A stretch of 64,000 bases of DNA, taken from IMG/VR virus record IMGVR_UViG_3300033273_000460, positions 32,001-96,000 of that record. One strand, given 5' to 3'. Below the pieces are notes generated by a model. That model made no database searches and had not been told where the DNA came from. It saw nothing but the letters and a program-made list of their open reading frames with translations. The position numbers and the translations under genes are program-made. This DNA comes from a virus. Position 1 is the first letter of the stretch, and the number at the start of each line of letters is the position of its first letter. Shown here piece by piece: positions 54,626-64,000 of the stretch.

Positions 54626-55934
54626 TCTAATATTCAAACATCAAGTACTTGAGAAATTGAGTCCAAGTTTCTGTGGTGCCAAATGGTACAACGCTACCAT
54701 ATGGCTTGGCAGCGGTATGACCACAAGTTGCCACCATCCGCCTGCACACTTGGTTGACATAGAACAAGTAAAACAAAATCCTAAACTGTTACACAACACT
54801 CCAGAGAAAAAAGAACAACGACGTCAAATGCAGTGCGGCGAGCGTCCGGGTGGCTGTGAATACTGCTGGAAACTAGAGGATATGGGTCCTAACTACATCA
54901 GCGACAGGGTGTACAAAAGTAAGATATATACTCAAGAGGAATTAAAAGATGCATTCAATACTCCAGCAGATCAAGACGTTAATCTCATTACCCTTGAAAT
55001 TGCCTTTGATAGAACATGTAATTTTGCTTGCAGTTATTGCAATCCCGCTTTTAGTAGCACATGGGTAAAAGATCTCAAAAACAACGGAAGTTACACAGAT
55101 CTAGTCAGTGATGGTCGCAACCACTTTACACATACACATGACAGTGCGCAACTGTACAAATTTGGAGAAACCAATCCATATGTAGAAGCATTTTTTAAAT
55201 GGTGGGACAGTGATCTACACCGCACACTGCGTGAACTACGCATAACAGGCGGCGAGCCCATAATGAGTGCAGAACTGTGGAGACTGTTTGATTGGTTTAA
55301 GGACAACGTTGACAAATCACAGACCAAACTTGCTATTAACAGCAACCTAGGAGGCAAGGCAGAATTAATAGATAGATTGGTAGACTGTAGAAAACACTTG
55401 CCAAGTTTAGATGTATATACCAGTATGGAAGCTACAGGCTACAGTGCAGAATACATTCGTGATGGATTAGACTTTGAACTATGGTGGAATAATATTCAAA
55501 AATTGCATAATGCAGACATTGACACACACTGTATGATGACAATAAATGCATTGTGCTTGCCAACACTGCCCGACATGATACAAAAAATACTAGATAAAAG
55601 AAACGAATTTGGCAAAGACTTTGCTACAATGAGTTATAACATACTACGTTTTCCCAGTTTCCAAAGTTGTTTGGTACTACCACAACACATCAAAGATGCA
55701 TGTGTTGCAAGACTACAACAACTTGATTTGACCAACATGCAAGATTGGGAACATGGACAGTTAGACAGACTTGTAGAATATTTGCAAGTTGTAGAAACAC
55801 CACACAGTGAAAGTTTTGAAATGCCAAAACTGCACAATGACTTCAAACGTTTTTACACACAATATGATGTGCGACGAAATCACACATTTGCAAAGGCTTT
55901 TCCAGAACTAGAAGAATGGTACCAAACACTATGA
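54615..55934 (+). CDS. Radical SAM protein, Twitch-domain type (#3), paralog of #2
   Basis: FCGAKW..SCHHPPAH..CEYCW, then CNFACSYC and ITGGEP. Confidence 0.88.
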   Translation: MQTDLIFKHQVLEKLSPSFCGAKWYNATIWLGSGMTTSCHHPPAHLVDIEQVKQNPKLLHNTPEKKEQRRQMQCGERPGGCEYCWKLEDMGPNYISDRVYKSKIYTQEELKDAFNTPADQDVNLITLEIAFDRTCNFACSYCNPAFSSTWVKDLKNNGSYTDLVSDGRNHFTHTHDSAQLYKFGETNPYVEAFFKWWDSDLHRTLRELRITGGEPIMSAELWRLFDWFKDNVDKSQTKLAINSNLGGKAELIDRLVDCRKHLPSLDVYTSMEATGYSAEYIRDGLDFELWWNNIQKLHNADIDTHCMMTINALCLPTLPDMIQKILDKRNEFGKDFATMSYNILRFPSFQSCLVLPQHIKDACVARLQQLDLTNMQDWEHGQLDRLVEYLQVVETPHSESFEMPKLHNDFKRFYTQYDVRRNHTFAKAFPELEEWYQTL

Positions 55935-57241
55935 GTGAACGCAACGACAAAATGAAAGAATACTACAGGAAGTATGACTACAACAGTCGTCGTCCTGTAC
56001 ACATAGATTCAGAAGATCTCACAGAAAAACAACGCTACCAATTGATGGAAAGTGATTACTTTTGTTTGATTCCTTGGACACACATACACGGCTTTCCAAC
56101 AGGCGAAGCGTATCCTTGTTGCTTGGGCGAAATGGATCACCCAATTGGAAACATGCGGGAAAATAGTTTAGAAGAGATCTGGAACGGTCCAGAATATGTT
56201 GAGATGCGTGAACGCATGCTTGCTGATAAACCTTGTAAACAATGCACACGCTGTTACGAGCAAGAAAAGAATGGCTTCTTTAGTATGCGCAACAGTCACA
56301 ACAAACACTTTGGACATCATATTGACAAAGTAGACCAAGGTATCAATCCAGACTTTGAAATTGTGTATTGGGACATACGTTTTAGCAATCAATGTAATTT
56401 AAAGTGTCGTAGTTGTGGACCAATGTTCAGCAGTTTATGGTACGACGATCATGTTAAAATGTATGGACAGAGTCCGGGACACAAACGCATAGAGTATGCA
56501 GGGCGCACCAAAACAGACATTTGGGAACAATTAGAACCTCAAATTGACAACATAGAACAGATTTATTTTGCAGGTGGCGAACCACTTATCATGCAAGAGC
56601 ACTACAACATAATCAAAGAATTGGTGCGCAGAGAACGTTTTGATGTTAGATTGATTTACAACAGCAACTTCCAAAAACTTACCTACAAAGATCTAGATGT
56701 GCTAGAGTATTGGAAACTGTTTGAAAATGTATCAATTGGTGCAAGTCTAGATGCAATGGGACCACGTGCTGAACTCATACGCAAAGGCACAAGTTGGGAT
56801 GAAGTCTTACGCAACAGAGAGCGTATGTTAGAAACCTGTCCTAACGTTGATTTTTATATCTCACCAACCATGAGCATAATGAATGTGTTTCATGTGCATG
56901 ACTTTCACAAAGATTGGGTCAACAGAGGCTTTTTAAAACACAGTGATCTCAATGTAAACATACTGCAATCACCAGAATGGTACAGAGCAGATTGTTTGCC
57001 ACAGCACATGAAAGATGATGCTATTGCACAAATACGTGAACACATGGATTGGCTAGAACCGCATGATACAGTGCGTCGTGCAATCAATGGATTTAACAGC
57101 ACAATCACGTTCCTAGAACAAACTGACAACACACAACATCTACCCAAATTTAATGCTATGCGTAGATTGCTTGATGGTGTGCGTGATGAAGACTTTTACA
57201 GTGTGTTACCAGAACTAAAGGAACTTGAAACATATGCATAA
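55931..57241 (+). CDS. Radical SAM protein with N-terminal Twitch/SPASM-like domain (#4)
   Basis: FCLIPW..GEAYPCC..IGN..SLEEIWN..CTRC, then CNLKCRSC and FAGGEP. Confidence 0.9.
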   Translation: MSERNDKMKEYYRKYDYNSRRPVHIDSEDLTEKQRYQLMESDYFCLIPWTHIHGFPTGEAYPCCLGEMDHPIGNMRENSLEEIWNGPEYVEMRERMLADKPCKQCTRCYEQEKNGFFSMRNSHNKHFGHHIDKVDQGINPDFEIVYWDIRFSNQCNLKCRSCGPMFSSLWYDDHVKMYGQSPGHKRIEYAGRTKTDIWEQLEPQIDNIEQIYFAGGEPLIMQEHYNIIKELVRRERFDVRLIYNSNFQKLTYKDLDVLEYWKLFENVSIGASLDAMGPRAELIRKGTSWDEVLRNRERMLETCPNVDFYISPTMSIMNVFHVHDFHKDWVNRGFLKHSDLNVNILQSPEWYRADCLPQHMKDDAIAQIREHMDWLEPHDTVRRAINGFNSTITFLEQTDNTQHLPKFNAMRRLLDGVRDEDFYSVLPELKELETYA

Positions 57242-58406
57242 GTGTATACTGCCATGGATCAGCATAGAAACAACTCCTACAGGGCGTGTTAGACCTTGTT
57301 GTTTGTATACACAAGAGTTGCCTGATATTGATCTAAACACTCACACACTGCAAGATGCATTTGACTCTAAACCTATGCGTGACCTGCGTCGCAGTTTTAG
57401 ACGTGGCGAAAAACCCGCAGGTTGTGAACGTTGTTGGATGGAAGAAGACGCAGGTAAAAAAAGCAAACGTGAATACATGTTAGAGAAGTTTAAACATGAA
57501 CCTGTAGACTATACTAATAACAGTGGTACCAGTTTAAAGTTTCTTGATTTAAAATTAGGTAACATTTGCAATCTTAAATGCAGAATATGCGGTACTTGGT
57601 CAAGCAGCAAATGGGGCCAAGAAGAAATTGACTACTACGAACCTGAGGGCGGAGGTAACATACAAAAACAATGGATAAAGCAAGGACAATGGCCTCGTAA
57701 AAATCGCACTTTTTGGGAACACATGGATGAACTGTTACCAGACATCAAGTTTTTTGAATTTACTGGTGGTGAACCATTTTTAATTAAACAGCATTTTGAT
57801 CTATTACAACGTGCAGTTGATGCTGGTTATGCCAAAGATATTGACATACACTACAACACAAACACCACAAAGTTTCCTGCTCAGCATGAACTGTGGAAAC
57901 ATTTCAAACATGTACAAATAGCATTCAGTGTAGACAACACAGGCAAACGTTTTGAATACGAACGCTATGGTGCTAAATGGCGCACAGCAAACACCAATAT
58001 CAAAAAAATAAACAATCTAAGAGACAGTGGATATCCTATTTCAACACAGTTGTGTTGCACATGGAACCTACAAAACATCTACTACATGGAAGAAATATTG
58101 ACTTGGGCACATACCATGAACTTTGATGATATTCATTTTAATCTCATGCATGACCCTTGGGAATATGCGTTATCAAATACACCCAAGAGTGCAAAAAGTA
58201 CGTTGATGCTTTATTTACAAAAGTGCCAAGTGAAATATCCGCAACACTCACAAGACATAGATGCACTTAAAAAGATTGTGATTGACAGTGTACAAGAAGA
58301 TGCAGACGGCTTGCACAAGAAAATTCGTCGCACAGATCTATATAGAAATCAAAATTTTGCACAAACGCACAGCAAAATGGCCAAGGCAATTGGGTATGAA
58401 CGCTAA
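57234..58406 (+). CDS. Radical SAM protein with N-terminal Twitch/SPASM-like domain (#5)
   Basis: CILPW..GRVRPCC..CERCW, then CNLKCRIC, FTGGEP, YNTN. Confidence 0.9.
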   Translation: MHKCILPWISIETTPTGRVRPCCLYTQELPDIDLNTHTLQDAFDSKPMRDLRRSFRRGEKPAGCERCWMEEDAGKKSKREYMLEKFKHEPVDYTNNSGTSLKFLDLKLGNICNLKCRICGTWSSSKWGQEEIDYYEPEGGGNIQKQWIKQGQWPRKNRTFWEHMDELLPDIKFFEFTGGEPFLIKQHFDLLQRAVDAGYAKDIDIHYNTNTTKFPAQHELWKHFKHVQIAFSVDNTGKRFEYERYGAKWRTANTNIKKINNLRDSGYPISTQLCCTWNLQNIYYMEEILTWAHTMNFDDIHFNLMHDPWEYALSNTPKSAKSTLMLYLQKCQVKYPQHSQDIDALKKIVIDSVQEDADGLHKKIRRTDLYRNQNFAQTHSKMAKAIGYER

Positions 58407-59373
58407 GCCCACAATACTAGTAAGTGAAAACAAAACAGTCTTTCAGACACCGTTCTTAGAACAAAAATGGGCACAGTATTTTAATGTTGAGATACTTGAT
58501 ACAAATAAAAATTATGATAAACGCTCAACAGTTGTTGTCAGCGACTGGATAGATGTAAATCAATCTACTAATAGTAACGAATGTGTACTTGCAAACACAG
58601 GTATAAGGCATGTTATTGATCATTGCTGGGATAGCTGGGATAGTAGTTTAGACAACAGTGCAGATTTTACAATTAGACCTAGAGATTTTATCCGAATAAA
58701 TGAAAGCCTGTGTTATAAAAGTTTAGGTTATGATCAGTGTAAACTAAACAGTAATCCAACTAAAGATTTTTTATTATTAATGAATCTTGTGCGTCCACAT
58801 CGAGATAATTTGTTGGATAGTTTAAAAGAATACGTTGAACATAATATTTACAGTTATGTAGGACGTGGAATACCTTTACAAAATGCACAGGACATAGAAT
58901 TTAACTCTAGTACATGGCAAAGATATACTGATCCGCATTGGTATACAGACACACGATTTAGTGTTGTAAGTGAAAGTATGATATATAATTTAGGAGAGCC
59001 AACAGAAAAGAATGATTACCGTTATGATGATGATATAAATGTAAGTGAAAAAACATACAAGCCCATGGCATTTAAACATGCATTTGTGGTTCACGGGCAG
59101 CCTGGCACACTTGCAAGATGTAAACAGCTAGGTTTTGAAACTTTTGATCATGTCATTGACGAAAGTTACGATAATGTTACTGATCATAACAAGAGATTAG
59201 AGTTAATAGTAAACCAAATTGAATTGTTGATTGCAGACAAGTCATTGCTAACAGATCCTATAAGTAAACAAAAAATACAACACAATTTTGAACACTTCTA
59301 TGATGAAGGTATTGTTACAAATCTTTTTGTAACTCAAATAGTCAATCCACTGTTGGAGTTTATTGAGTCATGA
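58396..59373 (+). CDS. Putative GT-B glycosyltransferase-like protein, copy 3
   Basis: FLLLMN..RPHR, FSVVSES, VSEKTYKPMAFKHAFVVHG..LGFETFDHVIDESYD. Confidence 0.45.
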   Translation: MNAKPTILVSENKTVFQTPFLEQKWAQYFNVEILDTNKNYDKRSTVVVSDWIDVNQSTNSNECVLANTGIRHVIDHCWDSWDSSLDNSADFTIRPRDFIRINESLCYKSLGYDQCKLNSNPTKDFLLLMNLVRPHRDNLLDSLKEYVEHNIYSYVGRGIPLQNAQDIEFNSSTWQRYTDPHWYTDTRFSVVSESMIYNLGEPTEKNDYRYDDDINVSEKTYKPMAFKHAFVVHGQPGTLARCKQLGFETFDHVIDESYDNVTDHNKRLELIVNQIELLIADKSLLTDPISKQKIQHNFEHFYDEGIVTNLFVTQIVNPLLEFIES

Positions 59374-60032
59374 TTGGTGTAATTGGAAATGGCTTAATCA
59401 GCGGTTGTATACAAAACAGTATTGGTGTTGACAAGGTATTCACAAGTAAAAATATACACACTATTGGTGAAAACGAGTATGATGTTGTTTACTGTGCAGC
59501 ACCAACTAGTAATAGGATTTGGGCAAGCAAAAATCCAGATCTAGATAAAAAAAGTGTACACAGTATTATCAACGAATGTACACTTGCTAATATCAAAAGA
59601 TTTGTTCTAGTAAGCACTGGCGATACACAAATAAAGCCATGGACTACTTATGGTCAAAACAGATTAAAATTAGAAAATTTTGTTAAACAACACTACAGTG
59701 ACTATGGCATTATTAGATTACCTTGTTTGATACACAATAGCATTACAAAAAATTTATTATGGGATATAAAACACAAGAAATGGCTAGATAAAATAAATCT
59801 TAATGTTACCAATCAATGGTTTGATCTCAACAACCTTGAAAATTATCTCAACGTTGAACAAGAATTTAATGTATGCAGTGAACCTATTTCAAATAAAAAA
59901 ATTATTGCACGTTTTGCTCATGAGATATTTGATTTGCTAGATGTATCTAAACCACACGAGTTATATAATTTAGAACCCTATAGTTTTACAACTGAAGAAA
60001 TTTTTAGAAGCATAGAGAATTACCTAAAGTGA
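59370..60032 (+). CDS. NAD(P)-binding Rossmann (SDR/epimerase-like) protein
   Basis: IGVIGNGLISG, CAAP, LVST, YGQNR, IIRLP. Confidence 0.65.
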   Translation: MIGVIGNGLISGCIQNSIGVDKVFTSKNIHTIGENEYDVVYCAAPTSNRIWASKNPDLDKKSVHSIINECTLANIKRFVLVSTGDTQIKPWTTYGQNRLKLENFVKQHYSDYGIIRLPCLIHNSITKNLLWDIKHKKWLDKINLNVTNQWFDLNNLENYLNVEQEFNVCSEPISNKKIIARFAHEIFDLLDVSKPHELYNLEPYSFTTEEIFRSIENYLK

Positions 60033-60595
60033 TTTATATTTGTGGAGATAGTTTTGCAACATCTGATGTTGAAAGCAACATCGTACCTTGGCATGAACAA
60101 TTAGAATGTGTTAATCTCAGTCGTAAGTGTGCTACCAATCTACAAATAAGTCAGCAAGTAGATCATGCAATTGCACATGCTAGTTTCGTTATAGTACTGT
60201 TTACAACTTGTGTAAGATTTGAATATAACGACGACAGTTATACACTACATAATTTAGACACAAGTAACTTAACCAACAAGCAAAAGCAGTTGGTAACTGA
60301 ACATGCTAAACATTTTTTTAATTTAGACTTGGAAATTTATAGAAACAAGTGTATAATAGAAAGTGTATTGCAACGTTTGGTTGATAGTAATATACCATTT
60401 ATTTTTGACCAGGGCGGGTTTGAACATACAAAGTTTGGTGCGGTGAACAAATACTTTAGTAAGTATGATCATTGTCGTAGTCAATATAACCTATGGGATT
60501 ATGGCGATAGTAAAACATACAGACCTTATTTTCATATCACAGATCAAACAATACACAACATGATAGCAGAATATTACAATGAACAAACCCAATAA
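60029..60595 (+). CDS. SGNH-hydrolase-like protein
   Basis: IYICGDSF, W, NLS..ATN..I, C-terminal FH..H..IA. Confidence 0.5.
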   Translation: MIYICGDSFATSDVESNIVPWHEQLECVNLSRKCATNLQISQQVDHAIAHASFVIVLFTTCVRFEYNDDSYTLHNLDTSNLTNKQKQLVTEHAKHFFNLDLEIYRNKCIIESVLQRLVDSNIPFIFDQGGFEHTKFGAVNKYFSKYDHCRSQYNLWDYGDSKTYRPYFHITDQTIHNMIAEYYNEQTQ

Positions 60596-61844
60596 CCTGT
60601 GTATGGCACCATGGACACACACTTATCTCAGTCCGCAAACAGAACGGCGACTGTGTTGTGCTAGTCGAGAACCTGCACAAAACTTCAAGCAGTATATAGA
60701 CACTGCAGAAGGTACTAATGAATATGTTCCAAGCACACTAGAAGAATGGTGGAACGGTGAACACATACGTCGCATACGCACACAGATGTTAAATAATCAA
60801 GTGCCTCCTGAATGTGTGGTTTGTGATAAAAAACTACTAAACCAAGATGTATACAGAGACTATTTCAATCATTTGTTTGCACACAAATGGCCAGAAGTTT
60901 TAGAAAGTACAACAGAATCTGGACATACTACAATGCAACCTGTAAGTTGGGACTACCGTTTTAGCAACCTGTGCAATTTCAAATGTCGTATGTGCGGCCC
61001 TATGCTGAGTAGCAGTTGGGAAACAGAGGCACGCAAACAAGGCAAAATAGAACCTTGGATGGAAAAAAGTGTAAAGAAAAGTATTGATAGTTTTCAAAAA
61101 GATACTGTAGAACAAGAGTTTGCTACTGCAGTTGAAGAACACAGAGTAGAAGAAATATATTGGGTTGGTGGTGAACCATTGATGTATGAACAACATTGGC
61201 GTTACATGCAACGTATAATAGAACTGGGAGATGGGCCAGGACTGTATGCACGTTACAACACAAACCTTAGCAGGATCAACTACAAAGGCATTAACCTCTA
61301 CAGTGATATACTTGATAAGATCCGTGATTGGCAAATTTGTGCCAGCATAGATGGCACAGGCAGTATAGGAGAATACATACGCACAGGGCTAAACTACGAA
61401 GAATGGCTAGAATATTTTTGTCAAGGAATAAGTCACAGTCGCAACAGACGCATGATGCGTATAGATTTCACTCTTACCACCCCCGGACTTTTTGAAGTTA
61501 TAAATATCTGCAAGTTAGCAAAACAGTTAGATGTTGACATTCTTGCAAAGGTTACATTTGCCTTTACACCAGACATAGCAATGAGCCCATTGTTTCTGCC
61601 TAGAAATTTATTGGAGTCAGTGATTGATGATATATTACCCAACTGTGATAATGGCACGATGCACAACATGTTAACCACACTGCTAGACAGGCCTACATTT
61701 GAAGAGGAATATCCAGATCAATATCAGCAAGCAAGGATCGTAGGAAAAAAGCGCATGGATGCAATGGACAAATTGCGAGGCGGTATGTGCTTTGCTGACA
61801 CACTTGATGCACAAACAAGAAAGTGGTGGAATGAAATCAGTTAA
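60579..61844 (+). CDS. Radical SAM protein with N-terminal Twitch/SPASM-like domain (#6)
   Basis: CMAPW..RRLCC..CVVC, then CNFKCRMC, WVGGEP, YNTN. Confidence 0.9.
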   Translation: MNKPNNLCMAPWTHTYLSPQTERRLCCASREPAQNFKQYIDTAEGTNEYVPSTLEEWWNGEHIRRIRTQMLNNQVPPECVVCDKKLLNQDVYRDYFNHLFAHKWPEVLESTTESGHTTMQPVSWDYRFSNLCNFKCRMCGPMLSSSWETEARKQGKIEPWMEKSVKKSIDSFQKDTVEQEFATAVEEHRVEEIYWVGGEPLMYEQHWRYMQRIIELGDGPGLYARYNTNLSRINYKGINLYSDILDKIRDWQICASIDGTGSIGEYIRTGLNYEEWLEYFCQGISHSRNRRMMRIDFTLTTPGLFEVINICKLAKQLDVDILAKVTFAFTPDIAMSPLFLPRNLLESVIDDILPNCDNGTMHNMLTTLLDRPTFEEEYPDQYQQARIVGKKRMDAMDKLRGGMCFADTLDAQTRKWWNEIS

Positions 61845-62919
61845 AGTTGTATTGAGAAATTATCAAACCAATGAAACCTTAGACTACAACATAGTTCCCA
61901 ATGATACCCAATTGGCCCAAGATTGGATGGCTGCATTAGAAAAAGATATTCTCAAAACAAATTTACACCTAGAAAAGAACTTTTGTTTTCACGGTTTCCC
62001 TTATACACAACGAACTTTGGAATTATTGTGTAGTGAATTAAATCGTCATATCTATAATATCAACACCAGTGGACTTGGTTACACCATTGAAGAATGGTTT
62101 GCTCCGGATGTTGTACGGTTTGGAGATGAATATCCTGTTGGAAACTATACAGACAACATGCGTAATCATGGCTTAAAAGTTAAACACAGTGTAATGAATC
62201 AACTGCACAATCATTTTGAGGTATTACAAGGAACTGTAGAACATCCAAGTGAGTATGCAAAGTTCATGTCACCAGAAACTACATACGCAGTAAGACAGTT
62301 AAACAATATCTGCCATGAAATGGAAACTCTTGTATTAAGCCAACGCAAACTTGCTTACGACCCACACTGGGTACGTCCTAGTCAAATCACAACATTTCTA
62401 CGATGTCCTCGGCATGATCTAACAGATGAACACAGACAAGGATTTATTGACAATGGGTATGACAGAGAATTAGGCGGTGTGTACATGCACTGGTGTCAGA
62501 TTGGTAAGACACTGATGGAAGTGTACAGAGATGAAGGTGCACCAGAACTCACAGATGCAGTGTGCGAGGCCATAACTCATTTGCAGTATTACAGCGGTGA
62601 GTTTGACATAGAATGGGCCAATGATGTAACATACACTAGTAATAATCCGTGGCACCGTGATGAAATAGATGGTTTTACAAATTGGTTGTGTGAAAATAAC
62701 CACGATCCACAGGATCCAAAACTAAGTCTAGGCTATTTAAAATTAGGTAGTGTAGATTTAAAAGGTTCTTTTGGTAGCGAAAATGGTCAGGACATTTGGC
62801 AGCAAATGGGAGATTATCTAGACATTTATCGCATTGAATGTGGAAATACCACAGCAACATACGACTATCACTGGAGTGACACAGATCATGAACAACGACA
62901 ATTGGGCGCACTAACATAA
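61831..62919 (+). CDS. Hypothetical protein
   Basis: Long ORF coupled to radical SAM #6; start MKSVKV; His/Cys-containing segments NQLHNHFE and LNNICHEME. Confidence 0.65.
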   Translation: MKSVKVVLRNYQTNETLDYNIVPNDTQLAQDWMAALEKDILKTNLHLEKNFCFHGFPYTQRTLELLCSELNRHIYNINTSGLGYTIEEWFAPDVVRFGDEYPVGNYTDNMRNHGLKVKHSVMNQLHNHFEVLQGTVEHPSEYAKFMSPETTYAVRQLNNICHEMETLVLSQRKLAYDPHWVRPSQITTFLRCPRHDLTDEHRQGFIDNGYDRELGGVYMHWCQIGKTLMEVYRDEGAPELTDAVCEAITHLQYYSGEFDIEWANDVTYTSNNPWHRDEIDGFTNWLCENNHDPQDPKLSLGYLKLGSVDLKGSFGSENGQDIWQQMGDYLDIYRIECGNTTATYDYHWSDTDHEQRQLGALT

Positions 62920-62932
62920 ACGAGGATCATTG

Positions 62933-64000
62933 ATGGACATAAGAATAAAAGAAATATTTCGCAAAGAAAGCAATAGGCAAAACAATACTGTTGAACTTAT
63001 TGCCAGTGAAAACTTTGCAAGTGCTGATGTAATGGAACTTGTTGGTAGTATTTTTACCAACAAGTATGCCGAAGGTTATCCGGGCAAACGTTACTACAAC
63101 GGTTGCGATCATATGGATGAGATCGAGCAACTGGCAATAGATCAACTAAAAGAAATCTACGGTTGTGAGTTTGCCAACGTTCAACCACACTGCGGTGCTA
63201 ATGCCAACACTGCCATTTACCTAGCGTTCCTTAAACCAGGCGACCGTATACTTGGCATGGATCTAGCCAGTGGCGGACATCTAAGTCACGGTGCACCAGT
63301 TAACATCAGTGGTAAAGTTTATGAGGCACATCACTATGGTGTGGATGCAGATGGTTGGTTAAACTATGATGACATTGAACAGCAGGCAGTAGAACTACAG
63401 CCTAAGATTATTGTAGCAGGTGCCAGTGCTTATCCTCGTCACATCAACTTTGCACGTTTTAGAAGTATTGCAGACAAAGTTGGTGCATACCTGCTGGTTG
63501 ACATGGCACACTACAGTGGACTGGTTGCTGGCAATGCATATCCTAGTCCTGTTGAACATGCAGACTTTGTAACAAGCACCACACACAAAACACTGCGTGG
63601 ACCTAGAGGCGGTTTTATACTGTGGAACAATCCAGACTTCACACGCAAGATTAACAGTGCAATCTTTCCTGGCACACAAGGCGGTCCACTGATGAATATC
63701 ATTGCCGCAAAAGCACAGGCATTTATTGAAGCAAACACACCAGAGTTTGCAGATTATGCACGCCGTGTTGTGGAAAATGCACAAGCAATGTGTGAAGTTT
63801 TTGTAACAAATGGATTTAAAGTACAAACAGGTGGTACATGTTCACACATTATTCTAATGGACTTGAGTGAGTCTAAATACAGTGGGCGTGAGGCTGCAGA
63901 CTTGTTAGAAGCAAATGGAATCACAGTAAATAAAAATGGGGTACCAAACGATCCACGTAGTTTTGTAGAAACCAGTGGTATACGAATTGGCACTGCCGCA
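62933..64000 (+). CDS. glyA: Serine hydroxymethyltransferase (3'-truncated by window edge; absent from the ORF track)
   Basis: [41 protein letters not shown]-lysine motif [27 protein letters not shown]; GAGG SD. Confidence 0.95.
   Translation, partial: MDIRIKEIFRKESNRQNNTVELIASENFASADVMELVGSIFTNKYAEGYPGKRYYNGCDHMDEIEQLAIDQLKEIYGCEFANVQPHCGANANTAIYLAFLKPGDRILGMDLASGGHLSHGAPVNISGKVYEAHHYGVDADGWLNYDDIEQQAVELQPKIIVAGASAYPRHINFARFRSIADKVGAYLLVDMAHYSGLVAGNAYPSPVEHADFVTSTTHKTLRGPRGGFILWNNPDFTRKINSAIFPGTQGGPLMNIIAAKAQAFIEANTPEFADYARRVVENAQAMCEVFVTNGFKVQTGGTCSHIILMDLSESKYSGREAADLLEANGITVNKNGVPNDPRSFVETSGIRIGTAA

Noticed and set aside
49880-61844. Known radical SAM pathways (QueE/7-deazaguanine, NrdG, MoaA, anaerobic sulfatase maturase)
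   Set aside because: No partner genes (queC/queD/folE/dpdA, nrdD, moaC, sulfatase) are in the window, and the domain order differs.
1-64000. Stop-codon reassignment as seen in some large phages
   Set aside because: Core genes are full length in the standard code, and TAA, TAG and TGA all terminate genes at sensible positions.

Overview
This window is a 64-kb segment of an AT-rich, large T4-superfamily myophage genome, with no cellular housekeeping context and a standard genetic code. Minus strand 441-8549 holds the head module (major capsid gp23, scaffold gp22, protease gp21, acidic core protein, portal gp20) and a tape-measure-like gene. At 8622-9721 a gp26/gp51-like pair is joined by a candidate -1 programmed frameshift. 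At 9722-10125 a ~400-bp highly structured non-coding region lies directly downstream of a short GIY-YIG nuclease gene. Minus strand 10599-14919 carries gp46, an inserted SGNH-like gene, gp47 and late sigma gp55. Plus strand 14998-45517 is the baseplate/tail module (gp48/54-like, gp53, hub, gp5-like spike, gp25, gp6, a 4512-aa giant protein with seven FG-GAP-like blades, two tail fibres). From 45574 to 64000 runs a tightly coupled ~18-kb operon behind a consensus sigma70 promoter. It encodes six radical SAM enzymes with N-terminal Twitch/SPASM-like domains, about six glycosyltransferase-like proteins, two SDR/epimerases, sulfotransferase- and SGNH-like proteins, and glyA. The best candidates for undescribed biology are this multi-radical-SAM glycan-tailoring operon, the nuclease-linked structured RNA, and the gp26/gp51 frameshift. 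All assignments come from motif recognition by eye; no database searches were run.
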